Assembly: GCA_963707505.1 (NCBI GenBank)
Contig: CAVPQB010000004.1
Coordinates: forward strand, 960,001 to 1,024,000
DNA from: an uncultured Gemmatimonadales bacterium
GTDB lineage: Bacteria > Gemmatimonadota > Gemmatimonadetes > Gemmatimonadales > Gemmatimonadaceae
Direction of reading: 5' to 3'
DNA length: 64,000 nt
Both the position numbers and the translations under genes were made by a program. Each line of letters begins with the position of its first letter. Position 1 is the first letter of the stretch. Below the pieces are notes generated by a model. That model was not told the DNA's origin, searched no databases, and worked only from the letters and a program-made list of their open reading frames with translations. This document shows, in pieces, positions 1-10,543 of the stretch.

Positions 1-2744
1 CGGTGCCGAAATCATCGATGGCGAGTTGAACGCCCAGCGCCTTGAGAGCGTGCAATCGCACGAGCGTGTCAGTGGTGCGACGCATGAGGGTGCCTTCCGT
101 AAGCTCGAGCACAACCCGGTCCGGTGGAGCGCCACTGCTCTCGAGCGCGGCTGCTACATCACTCACGAAGCTCTCGTGTTCCAGTTGCAATCCGGAGATG
201 TTGATCCCCATGCGCAATTCTTCGTGCAGGCCTATCGCGCCGTCCGCTGCAAGCCTGTGCCACCGACTCAGCTCGTTGCATGCGCTCCTCACAACCCAGC
301 GACCGATCTCCACGATCAGACCGGTATCCTCGGCGAGCTGAATGAACTGCTGCGGCGCAAGCTCGCCGCGTGCGCGATGCGACCAGCGGGCGAGCGCCTC
401 GAATCCCTGAAGCATTCCGCTTTCAAGCGCCACGACCGGTTGAAACAGGAGATGCAGCTCGTCACGCTCCAGTGCGCCGCGGAGGTCCGACTCCAGCTCC
501 AACCGATCGACAATTGCAGCGTGCATCCGCGGCTCGAAGACGGTGTGGCGCGCACAGCCCGCTTCCTTCGAGTTGTACATGGCGACGTCTGCATTGCGCA
601 GTATGTCGTCCGCGGCGTCGCCTGGCGATGCGTGGGCGAGACCGAGGCTCGCCGTCACGATCACTTCACGGCCGCGCAGGCTTATCGGCGCGCGCAATGA
701 TTCTTCCACGCGCGTAACGACGTCGAGCGCCTCCTCCGCGCTTACCAGCTCTTCCAGGAGGATCGCGAACTCGTCGCCGCCGAAGCGCGCAACGGTGTCG
801 TGACTCCGCACCGCGGCGACGAGACGCGAGCCGACAGCCGCGAGCAAACGGTCGCCCTCGCCGTGTCCAAGACTGTCGTTGATGGTCTTGAAATCGTCCA
901 GATCGAGGAAGAGAATCGCGACATGCTTGCCACGCCCGATGCGACTGAGCGCGTGCATGACGCGGTCACGGAAAAGAGCGCGGTTCGCGAGTCCCGTGAG
1001 CGGATCGTGGAACGCGCGATAGGTGAGTTGTGTCTCGAGCACCTTGCGCTCGGTAATGTCGACCGCGAGCCCGAGCGCGCCTTCGATGTCTCCAGATGCT
1101 GCTCTCAGCGGTTCAACGCTGCACACGAAGCTGCGTCCAGTCCACGCAAGCTCGAACGACGCCGAGTCGCCGCGCAGGGCGGATGAAATCGCGCTGGTGC
1201 CGGACGCCGTCTCGCCGGCACTGCCAAAATGCTCGCTCGCATGCAGTCCCGATGAGCTGTTCCGGCTCGATGCCGAGCGCGTTGAGGCCGGCGCCCAGCG
1301 CGGACGTGAAGCGACCATCCCGATCTGTGGCCCAGAGAACCGCCGGTATCTGGTGCATCACCAGATGCAGTCGCGCTTCGCGATCGCGCAGCGCAGACTC
1401 GGCCGCTCGGCGCGCGGTAACGTCGCGCAGCACCGTCTGTACCGCCGGCAATCCGTTGTGCTCGACAGCGACGGACAGTGCCTCGACATCGGCGATCCCG
1501 CGATCCGCAGTGATGATCCGGTACTCCGATGGCTTCGTCGAGAATGCGCCTCGTCCACGCTCGCCCACCGCGTCGACGAGTCGTTGGTGCGAGTCGGGAT
1601 GCACGAACGACGAGAGCGAGCGTCCTATGAATGCATCGGCGTCGCTTGCACCGAGCATTGCCGCGCCTGTCTTGTTGATGTAGAGCAGGGCGCCGTCGCG
1701 ATGGACTATTATCGCTTCCGGAGACTGTTCCACGAGTTGACGGTACCGCTCCTCGCTGGTCCGCAGTGCGCGCTCGGCGCGCACCTTCTCCGTGACGTCG
1801 CGTGATACGCCGATCAATCCGATGATGTTGCCTTCGGTGTCGCGCCACGGAGTACGCGTCGTCACGTACTGTCGCATAACACCGTCCGCATCTCTCGCGG
1901 TGGCGTCGGTAACGGCCGTCACTCCCGCCGTTATCGCATCCAGATCGCGCGCACGAATCAACCTTGCGGTATTTTCACCGAAGATGGACACGTCGTCCGA
2001 CCCGATGATGACGTGGGCGGGAACGCCGAACATGTGGGCGCCGGCAGAATTGATAAGGTGGTAGTGGCCGTCCACGGTCTTGGCCCATACCGCGTCGGAA
2101 GTTCCCTCGGTCACAGCTCGCATCGTCGCAACGTGCTGCCTGAGAATCTGTGCCGCGTGCGTACGCTCCGTGACATCCCGCACCACGGCGGTGAACACGA
2201 TCCGCTCCGCGCCAGTTCGCACGCTGATCGCCATTTCGATGACGAAGATCGCGCCATCCTTGCGTACGGCGCGAAGCTGTACGGTTCGCGCAGCGGCGTC
2301 GACACGACCGGCCTGAATGCGGCGCAGCGTGGAGAGATGAGCCTCACGCCGCTCCTGCGGGACGAGCATGCCGATCGACTGGCCCAGAACTTCGGCTCCG
2401 CTGTAGCCGAACATCTGCGCCGCGGGCGCGTTCCAGAAGACTATGCGCTGATCGCGATCGGCTGCGACGATGGCGTCGGTCACATCCTCGGCGATCGCAC
2501 GGAAGTGAGCCTCGGACTCTCGTAGAAACGATTCAGCAGCCGCCCGCCGATGCTCCCGGCGTCGGATAATGTACGCGGCAGTAGCCGCGGCTACCGCGGC
2601 TACGATGACGGGAATGAATCGCACGCCCCAGGGTGAATGACCGGGCAGTAACGCACGATCCGCGACCTGGAGCAGTGCAAGCGCCCCCAGGGTGCAGATA
2701 CCTACGATGACTGTCGATCGAGCGATCGAGGATCGTTCGTACAT
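1..2744 (-). CDS. Membrane-anchored multi-PAS diguanylate cyclase/phosphodiesterase (PAS-GGDEF-EAL); runs off window edge; one frameshift near 1247
   Basis: ORF 1113-2909 gives 2 TM segments and several PAS/PAC repeats (likely start ATG 2744, MYERSS). Reading the minus strand past a 1-nt shift near 1247 gives HDPLTGLANRALF, FLDLDDFKTINDSLGH, ARFGGDEF, GFEALARW and AIDDFGT. Confidence 0.9.
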
Positions 2745-2968
2745 GGGGTGTGATGGTGGGCGAGAACGCGCCGCTCGGTCGGCTCGTCCATGGCTGAGTA
2801 TCGGCGCCAGGCGCGCGGCGTTGTAGCGCGCCGCTGATCGCTGGTAGCCCGAACAAGCACCGAAGATACGCGCTGACAGCGCCTTGCGCAGGGGCCCCGA
2901 AGGCGTCAAGCTTCAACTGCGCCAAGCGCTCTCACGTATCAGCGTAACACACTCAACCGATCCAGATT

Positions 2969-3385
2969 GTGACACCTTTCTTTCATCTCGCATTTCCGGT
3001 CGACGACCTCACCGCGGCGCGCACGTTTTATGGTGACGTCCTTGGCTGCAAGGAGGGCCGCAGCGATCCAGCCTGGGTCGATTTCGACCTGTTCGGTCAC
3101 CAGATCGTGGCCCACCTGCAGCCCGCTGCCGTAGGCGACCGTGCGTCGAGCGCCGTGGACGGCCACGGCGTGCCCATTCCGCACTTTGGTCTCGTCATGG
3201 AGATGCCGGATTGGGAGAACCTTGCGGCCAGATTGAAGTCCGCAGGGGTCAAGTTCGTAATCGAACCCTACGTTCGCTTTGCCGGCCTTCCAGGCGAGCA
3301 GGCGACGATGTTCGTGCGCGACCCCGCCGGAAACGCGCTCGAGTTCAAGGCGTTCCGCGACATGTCACAGATCTTCGCCAAGTAG
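2969..3385 (+). CDS. VOC/glyoxalase (extradiol dioxygenase-like) family protein
   Basis: Motifs [26 protein letters not shown] and [19 protein letters not shown]. Confidence 0.9.
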   Translation: MTPFFHLAFPVDDLTAARTFYGDVLGCKEGRSDPAWVDFDLFGHQIVAHLQPAAVGDRASSAVDGHGVPIPHFGLVMEMPDWENLAARLKSAGVKFVIEPYVRFAGLPGEQATMFVRDPAGNALEFKAFRDMSQIFAK

Positions 3386-3393
3386 GCTCAGAA

Positions 3394-3425
3394 CTCGTCA
3401 TCCCCGAGAAGGCGGGGATGACGAG
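3394..3425. repeat. CGTC-type REP-like palindrome / bidirectional hairpin
   Basis: CTCGTCATCCCCG-agaagg-CGGGGATGACGAG, a 13-bp perfect stem between convergent genes; same core as the element at 13382. Confidence 0.75.
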
Positions 3426-3447
3426 AAGAGCGTGCGTAACCGAAGCG

Positions 3448-6400
3448 CTAGACAATCGGTGGAAGGTTATGCCGCTTCACAGTTGCGTCAAACGTCGCGA
3501 CATCCGATGCGACGACAGCGTCGAGCTTCCGCAGGATTCCGTCGAGCTCCGCTGACAGCTGCTTGAAGACGACGTACGATGCGGCAGTCGGTTTCGCATC
3601 GCCGGACTCAACGCTGGATCCAAGCGCCGCGATTCGGTTGTTGATTCTGATCGGGAAGTTGAGCGGATCCTGACCGCTCCTGTTGTGCGTCTGGTAGAGC
3701 TCTTCTTCTATCGCCAGTAGCTTTGCGGCGGTCGCGCTTCCAGCCTTTGTGACATCCTGCGCTTTCGCCCGCGCAATTCTGTCCGCGATCTTGCTGCGCA
3801 TCTGCCTGATGCGAATCACCGCAGTGTCGGCCGCAGAAACCCGGTCGCGGATCTGCATGCTCAGCGCGAACTGTTCAGCGAGATCGCGTTCCGTGATACC
3901 CTTGAGCCGCGGGTCCATGCGCACCGTCAGCGGTTGTGTCGCCGTCGCCGAGCCCGCGGTGACCCGCACCGTATATTCACCAGGTAGAGCGAGCGGCCCG
4001 CGATCGGCGGAGCCACCCCACATGATCAGGCACTCGAACGAGACAGCTCCGGGGTAGCGAAGATCCCACCCGAACGTGTTCAGCCCCGCACGTCCCGTTG
4101 GCACGGCGTTGCCCCCGCGACGGCGTGGAGTTTCGCATCCGGTGGGATAGAGTATGGTGTCCTGCACTGCGATGTCCGGTCGCGAAGGCGTGGTGTGTGC
4201 CCTGGTGGAATCGTGATGTTGCTCTCCGCCTCCGACAAAGCTCTGCACCACCTTGCCATCATGGTCGAGGATGTCGATGCGTACGGTGTCTGCGCGCGAT
4301 GCGAGCGAGTACTGAACCGTGGCGGAATCGACTCTGCGCGTCGCGACGGGTGGTGTGAAGAGCGTGATCGCGCCATGGACCTCGGTGGCGTGACGGATGG
4401 GCGCGACGTCGTCCAGTACGTACATCGATCTTCCATGGGTCGCGATCACGAGATCGTTCTTCTCTACGGCAATGTCGGACACTTGCAGGTCGGGAAGATT
4501 GAGCGAGAACGGTTTCCACTGCGCACCATCGTTCCATGAAACGTAGAATCCGTGTTCAGTCCCGGCGTACAGCAGGCCAGACCGCGTGGGATCTTCGCGT
4601 ACGGCATGTACGTAGTCGTCAGCGCGAATTCCGGTCGTGATCTTCGTCCACGTCTTGCCCCAATCGTGTGTGCTGTAGATGTAAGGTGCGCGGTCGTCCT
4701 GCAGGTAACGCTTGGCCGCGAGATAGGCCGAGCCAGGCTCGTGATGTGATGCATCGATAATGCTGATGCGCGCGAATTTGGGGAGCGTCGGTGGCGTGAC
4801 GTCGGTCCATGTTCGCCCGCCGTCTCTCGTCACATACACCATCCCGTCATCCGATCCCGTCCAAATGACCGAGGTGTCGAGCGGTGACGGTGCGATCGTG
4901 AAGATCGTTGCATATATCTCCGGACCGTTCATGTCGTGCGTGATCGGACCACCGGATTCCCCGAGTGTCCTGGGATCTGCACGGGTGAGATCCGGCGAGA
5001 TGCGCTGCCACGTCTGGCCCTCGTCGGTCGTCTTCCACAGATGTTGCGACGAGGTGTAGATCGTTGTGGAATCCCTGGGTGAAAATACGATTGGATAGGT
5101 CCACTGCCAGCGCTCCGGCAACGCGCTGGACGGCTCACCCGAGAAGAAGCGAGGATACACCTGCACGTCGCGGAACTGACCGTTCGAGCGGTCGTAGCGA
5201 GACAGCAGTGCACCCTGGCTACCAGCATAGAAAATGTCCGGATGCTTGGGATCAGGAGCGATGTAACCTGATTCGCCGCCGCCTACCTGGTACATCCAGT
5301 CGCCGAGCTTGCGTGACGCCGCTCCACGCAGGTTGGCCCAGTCGTTGGACGGAAGGCAGAGCGTGGTGTTGTCCTGCTGTGCACCGCAGACGTGATACGG
5401 AAAATCAGTGGTAGTTGCAACGTGGTACAGTTGTGCGGTTGGAAAATTCTGGTCGGTCCAGGTTGCGCCACCATTCACGGAAACGGTGCCACCTCCATCG
5501 TTCGCCTCGATCATCCGCTGGTTGTCGTTGGATGCAATCCACAGCTCGTGATTGTCGCCATGTGGTACAGCCAGCGTCGTGTCGAAGTGCGTGCCGCCGT
5601 CGTCCGATCTGAAGAAATTGACGTTGAGCACGTACACTCGATCGCGAAGCTTGGGATCTGCCGTGATGTGCGTGTAATAGAAGGCGCGCTGCCGTAATTT
5701 GCGCTCATCGTTGGTGCGCTTCCACGTCGCGCCAGCGTCGTCCGAGCGATACACGCCGCCATCCGCCGCTTCGACGATCGCATACACACGGTTTGCGTCA
5801 GCAGGTGATACGGTCACCCCGATCCGCCCGATTATCCCCTTCGGCAATCCTGCATTGCGGGTGATCTCGGTCCAGTGGTCGCCACCGTCGGTTGTCTTGA
5901 ACAAACCACTGCCCGGTCCGCCGCTCGACATCTGCCACGATGTGCGATATGCCTCCCACAGAGCCGCATATAACACGTCAGGATGATTCGGGTCCATCGA
6001 CAGGTCGATCGCGCCGCTCCTGTCGTTGCGATACAGAATCTTTCGCCAGGTCCTTCCACCATCCGTGCTCTTGAACACGCCCCGCTCCGGATTGGGCGCG
6101 GACGGATGGCCGAGGGCAGCTACGTAGACGATGTCGGGGTTCTTCGGGTCGATGCGTATCTTCGCCACTGTCTGCGTCTCGGCGAGTCCCATGTGCGTCC
6201 ACTTCCTGCCGCCGTCGGTCGATTTGTAGATACCGTCGCCTTGCATGATGTTGCCGCGGATATCCGTCTCACCCATCCCGATGTACACGACGTCCGGATT
6301 GGATTCGGAAACTGCGACGGCGCCAACCGAGCTCGACTTGATCTGACCATCCGTTACGGGCTTCCAGCTCTGCCCGCCATCGGTCGTCTTCCACAATCCG

Positions 6401-6636
6401 CCACCAGTTGCGCCGAAGTAGTACTCCAATGGGCGACTCGCGCTGCCAGCCACGGCGATCGAACGTCCTCCGCGATTTGGCCCGATCGAGCGCCATGCCA
6501 TTCCGTGAAACTGCACGGAATCCGGTTGTGTGACAGCGCTCGTTTGAGCAGCAAGCTGCACCGGTGTGCAGAGTAGTATGGCGACGCAGATGCGCAGAAA
6601 ATGGCGAAGGCGTGGTCCGGCAATAGAGTCTGACAC
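3448..6636 (-). CDS. Secreted VPS10/BNR (Asp-box) beta-propeller glycosyl hydrolase-like protein
   Basis: Signal peptide, WRSIGPNRGGRS, repeated SxDGGxTW Asp-boxes, ATHGRS. GTG start at 6636 follows a GAGGT RBS-like sequence. Confidence 0.88.
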   Translation of the reverse strand: MSDSIAGPRLRHFLRICVAILLCTPVQLAAQTSAVTQPDSVQFHGMAWRSIGPNRGGRSIAVAGSASRPLEYYFGATGGGLWKTTDGGQSWKPVTDGQIKSSSVGAVAVSESNPDVVYIGMGETDIRGNIMQGDGIYKSTDGGRKWTHMGLAETQTVAKIRIDPKNPDIVYVAALGHPSAPNPERGVFKSTDGGRTWRKILYRNDRSGAIDLSMDPNHPDVLYAALWEAYRTSWQMSSGGPGSGLFKTTDGGDHWTEITRNAGLPKGIIGRIGVTVSPADANRVYAIVEAADGGVYRSDDAGATWKRTNDERKLRQRAFYYTHITADPKLRDRVYVLNVNFFRSDDGGTHFDTTLAVPHGDNHELWIASNDNQRMIEANDGGGTVSVNGGATWTDQNFPTAQLYHVATTTDFPYHVCGAQQDNTTLCLPSNDWANLRGAASRKLGDWMYQVGGGESGYIAPDPKHPDIFYAGSQGALLSRYDRSNGQFRDVQVYPRFFSGEPSSALPERWQWTYPIVFSPRDSTTIYTSSQHLWKTTDEGQTWQRISPDLTRADPRTLGESGGPITHDMNGPEIYATIFTIAPSPLDTSVIWTGSDDGMVYVTRDGGRTWTDVTPPTLPKFARISIIDASHHEPGSAYLAAKRYLQDDRAPYIYSTHDWGKTWTKITTGIRADDYVHAVREDPTRSGLLYAGTEHGFYVSWNDGAQWKPFSLNLPDLQVSDIAVEKNDLVIATHGRSMYVLDDVAPIRHATEVHGAITLFTPPVATRRVDSATVQYSLASRADTVRIDILDHDGKVVQSFVGGGEQHHDSTRAHTTPSRPDIAVQDTILYPTGCETPRRRGGNAVPTGRAGLNTFGWDLRYPGAVSFECLIMWGGSADRGPLALPGEYTVRVTAGSATATQPLTVRMDPRLKGITERDLAEQFALSMQIRDRVSAADTAVIRIRQMRSKIADRIARAKAQDVTKAGSATAAKLLAIEEELYQTHNRSGQDPLNFPIRINNRIAALGSSVESGDAKPTAASYVVFKQLSAELDGILRKLDAVVASDVATFDATVKRHNLPPIV

Positions 6637-6690
6637 GTCTACCTCTTGTGATCTGGATTGTAAACGAAGTCGACCCGTCGAGCCGACTGG

Positions 6691-6722
6691 TGTAACTGCT
6701 CCTGTAACAGTTTTTGTAACAG
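6691..6722. promoter_or_regulatory. Triple TGTAAC direct repeat at 12-bp period; candidate transcription-factor site
   Basis: TGTAAC at 6691, 6703 and 6715 in the intergenic region upstream of the VPS10 gene. Confidence 0.45.
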
Positions 6723-6773
6723 GTCCTGCATCAACTCCGCGTGACGACAGCGCGTCAAGCGTGTCAGAGCGTG

Positions 6774-7682
6774 TCAAGCGCGACCGGCGAGGACTGCTGC
6801 GGCTGTGTCATGCACTGGGGTCGGTACCCCTGTCTCACGGCCGAAGCGCGACACGGCGCCGCTCAACACATCGAGCTCGGTGGGGCCGCCGCGCTCCACA
6901 TCCAGCAGGAAGCTCGGCTTCATCGTCCCTGGAAGTTTGTCGATGTGATGCATCATGTCCGCCTCCTGCGATGCAGGAATCGGTACTCCACGCGCTCGTC
7001 CGACTGCGGCGATCTCCCCCACCGCACGCTCTATCAATAGATGACCAAGCTCGGTATCGCGAATGCCGGCGACATCGCTCCGCGCCATCCCACATGCCGC
7101 AGCCATCGCGCACAACATGTTGAACTTGCGCCAGAGCTCGACGATGATATTCGTGGTCGCGATGGCCTCGATGTCAGCTTCGCGCAGGGCATCGACAAGG
7201 CGCGTCACTCGTTCGGACAACACTCCGTTCAACTCGCCAACCACGATGCGCTCCTTCCACAACGCCCGCTGAATCACACCAGGCTCGGCCTTGTAGGCGC
7301 TGACATTGGTCTGACCGCCGAGCAGTTGTGAGCGCGGAACACCCGCGCGCTCGAGATCGTCTGCGGCTTCGACGCCGTTCAGAAGCGGAACTATGACGCT
7401 GCCGCCCAACGCGAGATTCCGCGCAACCGGAGCGACTTCGGCGAGAGAATAGCTCTTTACCGCTACTATCGTGAATTCGGCGCCGCTCAGCTCCTCCGGC
7501 AAGTGCGTTGCGCCGATAGGGACGGTGAAGCTGCCATTGGTGTCTCTGATGGTAATCCCGCCGGCGCGAATTGCCGCGAGATTGTCGCCGCGCGCGTAGA
7601 GTACCACGTCGTGCCCGGCCCGAGCGAGCAGGGCCCCAAAGTACCCGCCAACGCCGCCAGCGCCAAGAATTGCTATTCTCAT
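6774..7682 (-). CDS. panE: 2-dehydropantoate 2-reductase (ketopantoate reductase family)
   Basis: MRIAILGAGGVGGYFG Rossmann start, AVKSY, LLNGV, LWRKF, PSFLLDVERGGPTE. Confidence 0.88.
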   Translation of the reverse strand: MRIAILGAGGVGGYFGALLARAGHDVVLYARGDNLAAIRAGGITIRDTNGSFTVPIGATHLPEELSGAEFTIVAVKSYSLAEVAPVARNLALGGSVIVPLLNGVEAADDLERAGVPRSQLLGGQTNVSAYKAEPGVIQRALWKERIVVGELNGVLSERVTRLVDALREADIEAIATTNIIVELWRKFNMLCAMAAACGMARSDVAGIRDTELGHLLIERAVGEIAAVGRARGVPIPASQEADMMHHIDKLPGTMKPSFLLDVERGGPTELDVLSGAVSRFGRETGVPTPVHDTAAAVLAGRA

Positions 7683-7829
7683 CGTACGATCAGGTGATTG
7701 GTTCCGGAGTAAAGCAAGATGTAACGATTTGGGCGCCAACGTGAGAGGGTCGCGGGCGATTGATGCGCGAGGCTTGTTTTTCCCGAGCCACGGTGCGAGC
7801 GTAGGCAACCAGAAATGCGCCCATCCTCG

Positions 7830-9116
7830 ATGACCCCCCGCCACGCCCGTACCGCACGGCTGGCCTACGTCGCAATCATTCTAGTTGCAACGCTCAGCAA
7901 TCTCCACGCTGATCCCACCTGGGCAGACGTTCCGCCCCGATTCGCTCGCGCACTCGATCTCACGCCTCGCCTGAGCGATGCGATCGACGCCGTGCGCAAC
8001 ATCCTCCTCTTTGCGGGGCTCGGCGTGGTCTGGATCGCTACGAGCAGATTGCAACGTCCCGGGGCAACCCTGTTCCGCGTTGTCATCATCTCATTCCTGA
8101 TGAGTGGCTGCATCGAAGCGCTGCAACTCTTCTCGCCAGTCCGTAACGCGAGTCTCATCGATGTAACGACCGATACCATCGGCGGCCTCGCAGGCGGACT
8201 CATCACTCTGGCGGCGTTTGCGCTTATGAACGACAGAGCGGATGAGCGATCGTATTTCGGAATTCCGTCGGCGCTGCTTGCCGTGAACTATGGCGTCGCG
8301 ACGATCATGGAAGCGTTCATGCCGCTCTTCCGCCAGGATCTGTTGCCGCAGCTGGGAGGCAGTATCGGCGAGCGCATCGGGCGGGCGATTGCCGCGATCC
8401 GCCCCGATTCGATCACCCAAATCCCGCTGATCGACGTGCTCGTCTTTTTCCCCGCGGGCGTATTCGGCGCGATTGCCCTGATGGAGAGCGGCGTGTCCAC
8501 TGGCCTCGCGACGCTCATCACCATCTGCGTCGCCGCAGTCATCTATCCGCTTGTTGAAGTAGTGCACGGGGTCGCGGCCGAGCCAATCGTTCTGGGCGCT
8601 GCGCTGACTCATGTGGTGGCGGCGACGTTGGGTGCCATGTGCGCTGCTGGTGCGATGGGATCGTTCGCGGCCAGATTCCCCGTGCGGGCACGCGCGCGAA
8701 TCGTTGCCGTCGCATACTCCCTCGCGATCGCGGTATGGAGCTGGCGCCCGTTTCGGCTCGATTTATCCGCTGCCTCGATGGCGGAGCAGTTCACGTCCAG
8801 CCACCTCGTCCCCCTGAAGGCACTTGCCGAGCGCGGCGATCTGTTCAGCGTGACCGACGTCGTGGCACAGGGAGTTCTCTTCGTGCCGCTGGGCGCTCTT
8901 CTCGCCGTATGGCCTCTGCGCGTCAAGGGACCATTGCGTGGCGTGCTTCCAGCGATCTATCTCGCCATTCTACTCGAAGCCGGAAAAATACCGATCGCGG
9001 AACGGTTCATGGACGTGACTCACATCCTGATTCAGAGTGCCGGCGCCGCGCTTGGCTTTCTCCTGTTACGACGAGTGGGATACAAAATTCGGGGCGAGCT
9101 GGCCAACCATCGCTGA
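7830..9116 (+). CDS. VanZ-family multi-pass membrane protein (two VanZ-like segments)
   Basis: DAVRNILLFAGLG...IEALQLFSPVRNASLIDVTTDTIGG at the N-terminus and a second DVVAQGVLFVPLG...ERFMDVTH segment. Confidence 0.75.
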   Translation: MTPRHARTARLAYVAIILVATLSNLHADPTWADVPPRFARALDLTPRLSDAIDAVRNILLFAGLGVVWIATSRLQRPGATLFRVVIISFLMSGCIEALQLFSPVRNASLIDVTTDTIGGLAGGLITLAAFALMNDRADERSYFGIPSALLAVNYGVATIMEAFMPLFRQDLLPQLGGSIGERIGRAIAAIRPDSITQIPLIDVLVFFPAGVFGAIALMESGVSTGLATLITICVAAVIYPLVEVVHGVAAEPIVLGAALTHVVAATLGAMCAAGAMGSFAARFPVRARARIVAVAYSLAIAVWSWRPFRLDLSAASMAEQFTSSHLVPLKALAERGDLFSVTDVVAQGVLFVPLGALLAVWPLRVKGPLRGVLPAIYLAILLEAGKIPIAERFMDVTHILIQSAGAALGFLLLRRVGYKIRGELANHR

Positions 9117-9120
9117 CGCG

Positions 9121-9852
9121 CTATTTGCCGGGACGAACGAGCAGCGTCTCACCCGCTCGAATCCGGTCACTCGCAAGATGATTCCATTCTCTGAGCTGTG
9201 CCGGTGTAGCGTTGTAGCGTGAAGCGATGACGGACAGCGCATCGCCGCGCTCGACGACATAGTGCAACGGTTGCTTGAGCAGATCCGCAAGCTGCTGCCG
9301 GAGCTCTCGCTCCTGCGCAGCGGCCGCGCGTTCCTGCATCTTGCGTTTCTGCAGATAACCAACCAGCGAATCCAACTGGTCTTCATAACCCGATGAGGCC
9401 GCGTACTCTTCCGTGCGCGTGCCTCTGCCGAGCACTACGCCGTGCGCGGTGAGCGAGTAGACACGCTGAAGCGAAGTCGATAGAAGCGTGTCATTCGGAA
9501 ATTCGCTCGTGAGGATCGCCGCCGGAGCGTCGGCACCGGCCAGCTTGTCGCGCGGCTCCACGCCGATGAACAACACGCGCTCAGGCGTCGCGACAAGAAG
9601 TCCGTTCGCCGCGCGGAAATAATTGGCTGGACGTCGCCGGTACACCCGCGCGATTCGTACCGCGTGCTCGTCGTAATGCAGCGCACCACCATCGAGCTCC
9701 CGCGTGGCATATGACCACGCCGCGGCTGGATCGACCTGGCGCATGAGGAACAGATATCCCACGGCGGCTACTACCGCTATGAGCGTTATCGTACCAACCA
9801 GGAAACGCCGAATGAAACGGCCAGCCCGGTAAAGGCCTTCGGTCTCTCTCAC
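9121..9852 (-). CDS. Membrane-anchored protein with C-terminal LysM domain
   Basis: N-terminal TM helix; C-terminal YVVERGDALSVIASRYNATPAQLREWNHLASDRIRAGETLLV is a LysM repeat. Confidence 0.85.
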   Translation of the reverse strand: MRETEGLYRAGRFIRRFLVGTITLIAVVAAVGYLFLMRQVDPAAAWSYATRELDGGALHYDEHAVRIARVYRRRPANYFRAANGLLVATPERVLFIGVEPRDKLAGADAPAAILTSEFPNDTLLSTSLQRVYSLTAHGVVLGRGTRTEEYAASSGYEDQLDSLVGYLQKRKMQERAAAAQERELRQQLADLLKQPLHYVVERGDALSVIASRYNATPAQLREWNHLASDRIRAGETLLVRPGK

Positions 9853-9891
9853 TGGCCAGATTCGGACCGGTCGTCCAGTCCGCGTAAACAG

Positions 9892-9930
9892 TTGACGTAT
9901 AGGATCAGTATGGCTATCATTATACGTATA
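9892..9930 (+). promoter_or_regulatory. Sigma-70-type promoter with overlapping palindrome
   Basis: TTGACG (9892-9897), N17, TATCAT (9915-9920), immediately followed by the palindrome TATACGTATA (9921-9930). Confidence 0.65.
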
Positions 9931-9956
9931 GCAGTAATGGCATTAACTAGATAAGT

Positions 9957-10532
9957 ATGGCCGTGTGGATTGGCAGGGACCTGGAGCGTATCCGAAAGCT
10001 CCGAGGTCTGCGCCGAGAGGACGTTGCCGCCCAGTTATCGCTGTCCCCGTCAACCATACGTAACATCGAGCATGACGAGAGGTATAACGTCTCGCTCGAT
10101 TTGTTGCGACAGGTAGCCGAGGTATTGGGCGCAACGGTTCGGATCTCGATAGAGGTTCCGGAGCAGGTAGAATCGGAAGACACGTCGGTTTCGGAGCCGA
10201 TCGTGACAGAACGTCAGGATGGCCGCCGTGTCGTTACAAACGAGCGGTTCATTCGGCTTGTGCGTGAGCGGTACCCCGACTGTCCGCTGACCAATTCTCA
10301 GATCGGTCGACGGATGTGGCAGTTCGCTCACTCGCGCGGTGCCGTGCTCGTAAGGGAACGTAAGCAACTGCGCCCATCGCCTGTTCCATCGACGGCGACG
10401 TATCGTGTTCCGACTACTTCGGCGGAATACGCGATGCGTGAGGGCGACATCGCTGTGCTCGACAGGTTTGCGGACCGGCTCGGGCGCGCTTTCAAGGATG
10501 GGAAGGGGCGCGTGCTGGTCCCGATCAAATAA
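9957..10532 (+). CDS. XRE-family HTH protein with unrecognised C-terminal domain
   Basis: IGRDLERIRKLRGLRREDVAAQLSLSPSTIRNIEH...SLDLLRQVAEVLG is an HTH_3 pattern; the remaining ~110 aa are not recognised. Confidence 0.8.
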   Translation: MAVWIGRDLERIRKLRGLRREDVAAQLSLSPSTIRNIEHDERYNVSLDLLRQVAEVLGATVRISIEVPEQVESEDTSVSEPIVTERQDGRRVVTNERFIRLVRERYPDCPLTNSQIGRRMWQFAHSRGAVLVRERKQLRPSPVPSTATYRVPTTSAEYAMREGDIAVLDRFADRLGRAFKDGKGRVLVPIK

Positions 10533-10543
10533 GGGAGTCGAGT

